A stretch of DNA of 64,000 nucleotides from an uncultured Actinomycetes bacterium (GTDB taxonomy: Bacteria > Actinomycetota > Thermoleophilia > Gaiellales > Gaiellaceae): assembly GCA_963842235.1 (NCBI GenBank), contig CAWJFT010000001.1, forward strand, positions 882,368 through 946,367, written 5' to 3'. A model generated the notes under the pieces. It ran no database searches, had not been told where the DNA came from, and saw nothing but the letters and a program-made list of their open reading frames with translations. Shown one piece after another: positions 60,603 to 64,000 of this stretch. A program made the translations under genes and the position numbers. Positions within the stretch are counted from its first letter, which is position 1; every line of letters starts with the position of its first letter.

Positions 60603-60610
60603 TCGTTCCT

Positions 60611-61792
60611 CTACCTCCCTTCGGCGAGTGTAGGTGCTGCGAACAAGCGACGGCCGAGCAGCTTGGATTCCTTCATGAGCACGAGCCCCAGCGTCGCCGT
60701 GATCAGGACATACAGACCGGCGAAGGCCACGAGCTCGGCCTGCCTCGCCGCGGAGATGGCGGCGTTCTCCGTCGCGAGCTGGGCGAGGATGACGGTGAAC
60801 TCGCCGTGGGCGATCAGCGCGACGCCGGCGTTGAAGCTCTGCCGCCGGGTGAAGCCGCCGGCTCGGCCGGCGAGCATCGTGCTGCCGATCTTGCCGATCA
60901 CCGTGACGACGACGGCTGCGGCGAGGATCCAACCGACGTCGTCGATCGCAGCGACGTCGATCGAGAGGCCGAAGACGAAGAAGAAGAGCGCGGCGAAGAC
61001 ATCTCTGAAGCTGAAGAAACGCTCCTCGATCTCCTCTCGAACGGAGGTCTCGGAGAGCACCACCCCGGCCATCAGGGCGCCGATCGCCTCCGAGAGACCG
61101 AGCTCCTGGGCGGTCGCGCTCATCCCCACGAGGAACGCGACGACGGCCAGCAGGAAGAACTCGCGCGGGAGCCAGTCGAGGAAACGGTCGATCGCGCTCG
61201 TGAGCCAGTTCGACGCGGCCAGCGCGACGGCGATGAAGCCGACCGCTTTCGCGACGATCGCAAGCGTCTCGCCGAGCTCGCCGCCGCCGCCCGATGCGAA
61301 CCCAAGGACGAGCGCGATCACGAGGTCCTCGGCGACGAGAATGGCCAGGATGAGGTCGGTCTCGTCGTCCGCAAGCCGTCGGAAGTCGATCAGCCCCTTC
61401 ACGGTGATCGCGCTCGACGAGACGTAGATCGCCGCGGCCAGAATTAGCGCGGCGAAATCGAATCCGAACGCCGCCACTCCGACCACGAGGCCGAGGCCGG
61501 CGTTCACAGCGAAGTCGATCGCGCCCCCTAGCAGCGCGTGCCTGCGCGTCCGGACTACTCGGCCGATCGTGAACTCGAGGCCGAGGAAGAAGAGCAGGAA
61601 GACGATGCCAAGCTCGGCCACGAAGTGGGTGACGTCGGACGGCTCGACCAGAGCGAGCTGCGTCGGCTCGTTCGGGCCCAGCAACAGGCCGGCAAGGAGG
61701 TAGGCAGGGATCGCAGAGAGCCCGAAACGGCTCGCCACGAGCCCGAGACCTCCGAGCAGGGCGATCGTCACGGCGAGCTCGGCGAGTGTCAT
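60611..61792 (-). CDS. CPA2-family cation:proton antiporter (KefB/KhtU-like)
   Basis: About 12 TM segments. IPAYLLAGLLLGP, ELGIVFLLFFLGLEF. Confidence 0.9.
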   Translation of the reverse strand: MTLAELAVTIALLGGLGLVASRFGLSAIPAYLLAGLLLGPNEPTQLALVEPSDVTHFVAELGIVFLLFFLGLEFTIGRVVRTRRHALLGGAIDFAVNAGLGLVVGVAAFGFDFAALILAAAIYVSSSAITVKGLIDFRRLADDETDLILAILVAEDLVIALVLGFASGGGGELGETLAIVAKAVGFIAVALAASNWLTSAIDRFLDWLPREFFLLAVVAFLVGMSATAQELGLSEAIGALMAGVVLSETSVREEIEERFFSFRDVFAALFFFVFGLSIDVAAIDDVGWILAAAVVVTVIGKIGSTMLAGRAGGFTRRQSFNAGVALIAHGEFTVILAQLATENAAISAARQAELVAFAGLYVLITATLGLVLMKESKLLGRRLFAAPTLAEGR

Positions 61793-61861
61793 CGGCGGGC
61801 CAGACCGAGTCTAAGAGGGTTCAACCGCAGGGGAACCGCCTGGAAAGCAGAAAATGCAGCA

Positions 61862-62176
61862 GTGGGTGCGGTAGGCGCAGCTTCGATCCTGCTCGCGGAC
61901 TGGGTCTCGTCGGTCCAGAACTTCGTGCAGGTCTTCGTCTGGGTCTACGTGCTCCTGATCTTCGCCTACGTCCTGATGTCGTGGATCCGCTTGCCGTACT
62001 CGATCTGGCTGAGCCGGATCCAGCGCTTTCTCTACGACGTCTGCGAGCCCTACCTGCGGCTCTTCCGCCGCATCCTTCCGCCGCTCGGACCGCTGGACCT
62101 CTCCCCGATGGTCGCCGTGATCGTCCTGTTCATCGCCGGGCGCGTCGCGATCGAGCTGCTCGATCGACTCCAGTGA
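61862..62176 (+). CDS. yggT: YggT-family membrane protein
   Basis: GTG 61862. YVLLIFAYVLMSWI...., CEPYLRLFRRILPPLGPLDLSPMVA. Confidence 0.8.
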   Translation: MGAVGAASILLADWVSSVQNFVQVFVWVYVLLIFAYVLMSWIRLPYSIWLSRIQRFLYDVCEPYLRLFRRILPPLGPLDLSPMVAVIVLFIAGRVAIELLDRLQ

Positions 62177-62188
62177 GGGAGGTGAAGC

Positions 62189-62623
62189 ATGGGATTGACG
62201 CCTGTTGAGATTCGCCATGTGCCCATCGGCCGCGGCGTCTGGGGCTATCGCCGCGAAGCGGTCGAGCGTCTGCTCGACCAGGTCGCGGAGAGCTACGAGG
62301 AGGTGTGGCGGGAGCGCGCCGATCTTGCCGACCGCGTCGAGGGCCTGGAGGAGGATCTCCAGCGGCACCGCGAGCTCGAGTCGCTCCTGCGCAAGACGCT
62401 CGTCTCCGCCGAAGCTGCCGCCCAGGAGCAGCGCGAAGGCGCGCGCCGCGACGCGGAGCGGATCGTGGAGGAAGCGTATGCCGAGGCACGGCGGATCACC
62501 TTCGCGGCGACCGCCGAGCGGGAACGCCTCATGGGAGACGTCCGGCGCCTGCGAGAGCTCCTACAGGGCGCTCTGGCAGCGGTCAACGAGGTGCCGGACG
62601 CTGAGCCGGCCGCCGCCGCCTAG
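62189..62623 (+). CDS. divIVA: DivIVA-domain protein
   Basis: MGLTPVEIRHV.F....GYRREAVE.LLD followed by a coiled coil. GGGAGG SD upstream. Confidence 0.85.
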   Translation: MGLTPVEIRHVPIGRGVWGYRREAVERLLDQVAESYEEVWRERADLADRVEGLEEDLQRHRELESLLRKTLVSAEAAAQEQREGARRDAERIVEEAYAEARRITFAATAERERLMGDVRRLRELLQGALAAVNEVPDAEPAAAA

Positions 62624-62632
62624 AATCCGAGC

Positions 62633-62911
62633 GTGGGAGGGCCTTCGACTCGACTGCGTCTGCGCGTCGTTCCCAGCTCGGGGACGTCCGGTGTCGTCGG
62701 CCGGTACGGCGAGGCGTGGAAGCTCCGCGTCGCTGCCCCTCCCGAGCGCGGCAAGGCGAACGAGGCAGCACTCGACCTCCTCGCCCGAACCCTCGATGTC
62801 GCGCCCGGGAGTGTTCGCCTCGTGACCGGCCGTGGAGCACGGGACAAGACCGTGGAGATCTCGGGCCTGACCGCCGAGGAGGCCGAGCGGAGGCTGGCGC
62901 TCTCACCATGA
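62633..62911 (+). CDS. yggU: DUF167/YggU-family protein
   Basis: LRLRVVPSSG, PPERGKANEAAL..LA, V.LV.G..ARDK. Confidence 0.8.
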   Translation: MGGPSTRLRLRVVPSSGTSGVVGRYGEAWKLRVAAPPERGKANEAALDLLARTLDVAPGSVRLVTGRGARDKTVEISGLTAEEAERRLALSP

Positions 62912-63282
62912 GCACTGTCGAGACCGAACAGTTCCGCGAGCTTCTGCTCGACAAGCGCCGTGGGGTCCTCGAGGCCATCGAGTACCTCCACAAGGAGAAT
63001 CGGGGCACGCTCGTCGAGGAAACCGGAGAGCTGGTCTCCGGCAGCGCGGACCAGCACATGGCCGATACGGCGACAGAGACGGTCGACCGGGAGATCGACT
63101 ACACGCTGGAGGAGCACGACGAGCGTCTGCTCGAGTCCATCGACGCCGCGCTCGCTCGGATCGACGCGGGCACGTACGGCACCTGTGTCAACTGTGGGCG
63201 AGCTATCGCCCCGGAGCGGCTCGAGGCGATGCCTTGGGCGACCCTGTGTATCGATTGCAAACGGGAAGAGGAACGGGGCTAG
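62908..63282 (+). CDS. DksA/TraR-family C4 zinc-finger protein
   Basis: ATGA overlap. YGTCVNCGRAIAPERLEAMPWATLCIDC. Confidence 0.8.
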   Translation: MSTVETEQFRELLLDKRRGVLEAIEYLHKENRGTLVEETGELVSGSADQHMADTATETVDREIDYTLEEHDERLLESIDAALARIDAGTYGTCVNCGRAIAPERLEAMPWATLCIDCKREEERG

Positions 63283-63308
63283 AGCAACCGCGCGGGTCCG
63301 GCACCGAG

Positions 63309-63866
63309 ATGCGGGTCGGATCGGCGACGAACGGGGTCGTGCCCCAGTGGGCCGCCGGTCGCTCGCCCGCGGCCGGCTGGCGACAATGGGTCGGGCTCAT
63401 GGCCGTCGCGGTGGCGGCAGTGGTCGCGGACCAGGTGACGAAGGCCGTCGTCGCAGCCGAGCTCTCACTCGGCGAGTCGGTTGACGTCATCGGGCCGCTT
63501 TCGATTCACCACGTGCAGAACTCCGGGATCGCCTTCGGGTTGTTCCCGACGGCGACGGCGTTCGTCATCTTCCTGACCGGCGTGGCCGTCGCGTGGATGC
63601 TCGTCTTCTTCGCCCGCTCCGGAGCGCGGCATCCGATCCTGCCGGTCGCGCTCGGGCTCCTCCTCGGCGGCAGCCTCTCGAACCTGATCGACCGGGTACG
63701 CCTCGGCCATGTCACCGACTTCCTCGACTTCCGCTTCTGGCCGGCCTTCAATCTCGCGGACGCCTTCATCGTCGGCGGCGTCGCGGTGCTGATCGGCGCG
63801 CTTCTGCTCGCCGATCGCGAGCCTCGCCGTGCCCGAACCGTCAAGGTTCCGAGTCAAGGTTCCTAG
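63309..63866 (+). CDS. lspA: lipoprotein signal peptidase
   Basis: DQVTK, NSGIAFG, GGSLSNLIDR, VTDFLDF, FNLADAFI. Confidence 0.88.
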   Translation: MRVGSATNGVVPQWAAGRSPAAGWRQWVGLMAVAVAAVVADQVTKAVVAAELSLGESVDVIGPLSIHHVQNSGIAFGLFPTATAFVIFLTGVAVAWMLVFFARSGARHPILPVALGLLLGGSLSNLIDRVRLGHVTDFLDFRFWPAFNLADAFIVGGVAVLIGALLLADREPRRARTVKVPSQGS

Positions 63867-64000
63867 CGAGGCGGCCGGGCTCCGGCTCGACCGCTTTCTC
63901 GCGGGTCTTCCCGAGGTCGGCTCTCGAGCGGCGGCCGAGCGGCTGCTGGAGGGGAGCTCCGTGCTCGTGGACGGTGCCGCGGCACGCAAGAGCGTGCGTC
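63829..64000 (+). CDS. rluD: RluA/RluD-family pseudouridine synthase, N-terminal S4 domain only (continues past the window end)
   Basis: GTG 63829. AAGLRLDRFLAG....SRAAAERLLEGSSVLVDG...RKS. Confidence 0.7.
   Translation, partial: MPEPSRFRVKVPSEAAGLRLDRFLAGLPEVGSRAAAERLLEGSSVLVDGAAARKSVR

Noticed and set aside
61817-61840. tRNA-like GGTTCAA / GGAACC segment upstream of yggT
   Set aside because: No acceptor stem, anticodon arm or D-arm can be drawn around it. I saw no tRNA or rRNA signatures anywhere in the window.

Overview
This is a 64-kb stretch of a very GC-rich, tightly packed bacterial chromosome. It looks Actinomycetota-like: it has a SepF/DivIVA division cluster, an ImuB-DnaE2 cassette behind CGAAC-N4-GTTCG SOS boxes, and many genes that appear leaderless. 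About 65 protein-coding genes can be supported, and nearly all are housekeeping. They include alaS-ruvX-mltG; a shikimate operon (aroE, aroC, an aroK/aroB fusion, aroQ); pepP-like-efp; accB(fusion)-accC-nusB-xseB-like-polyprenyl synthase; tlyA-nadK-recN-pyrG; ald; deoB/deoA; mutM; recO-glyQ-glyS; htrA; PDRP and ppdK; murA; ridA; and pgeF-yggS-sepF-(khtT/antiporter)-yggT-divIVA-yggU-dksA-like-lspA-rluD. I saw no rRNA, tRNA, CRISPR array, transposase, integrase or recognisable defence genes. Several things are not explained by ordinary annotation. (1) Three identical copies of an AT-rich 17-nt near-palindrome occur, one of them in-frame inside dnaE2. (2) A two-copy MITE with about 19-bp terminal inverted repeats and TA duplications is inserted exactly at stop codons. 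(3) A lower-GC islet after pyrG encodes an orphan secreted Cys-rich protein with a 19-proline spacer, plus a coupled 28-codon membrane micro-ORF. (4) AccB is fused to a carboxyltransferase domain in which every metal ligand is replaced. (5) The SOS mutasome cassette is split and has no adjacent imuA. (6) Three single-base frame breaks sit at G/C runs (alaS, the CCA-like enzyme, pgeF); these are most simply assembly errors. All functional calls come from reading the supplied translations and the DNA by eye. No database search, GC calculation or RNA folding was run.
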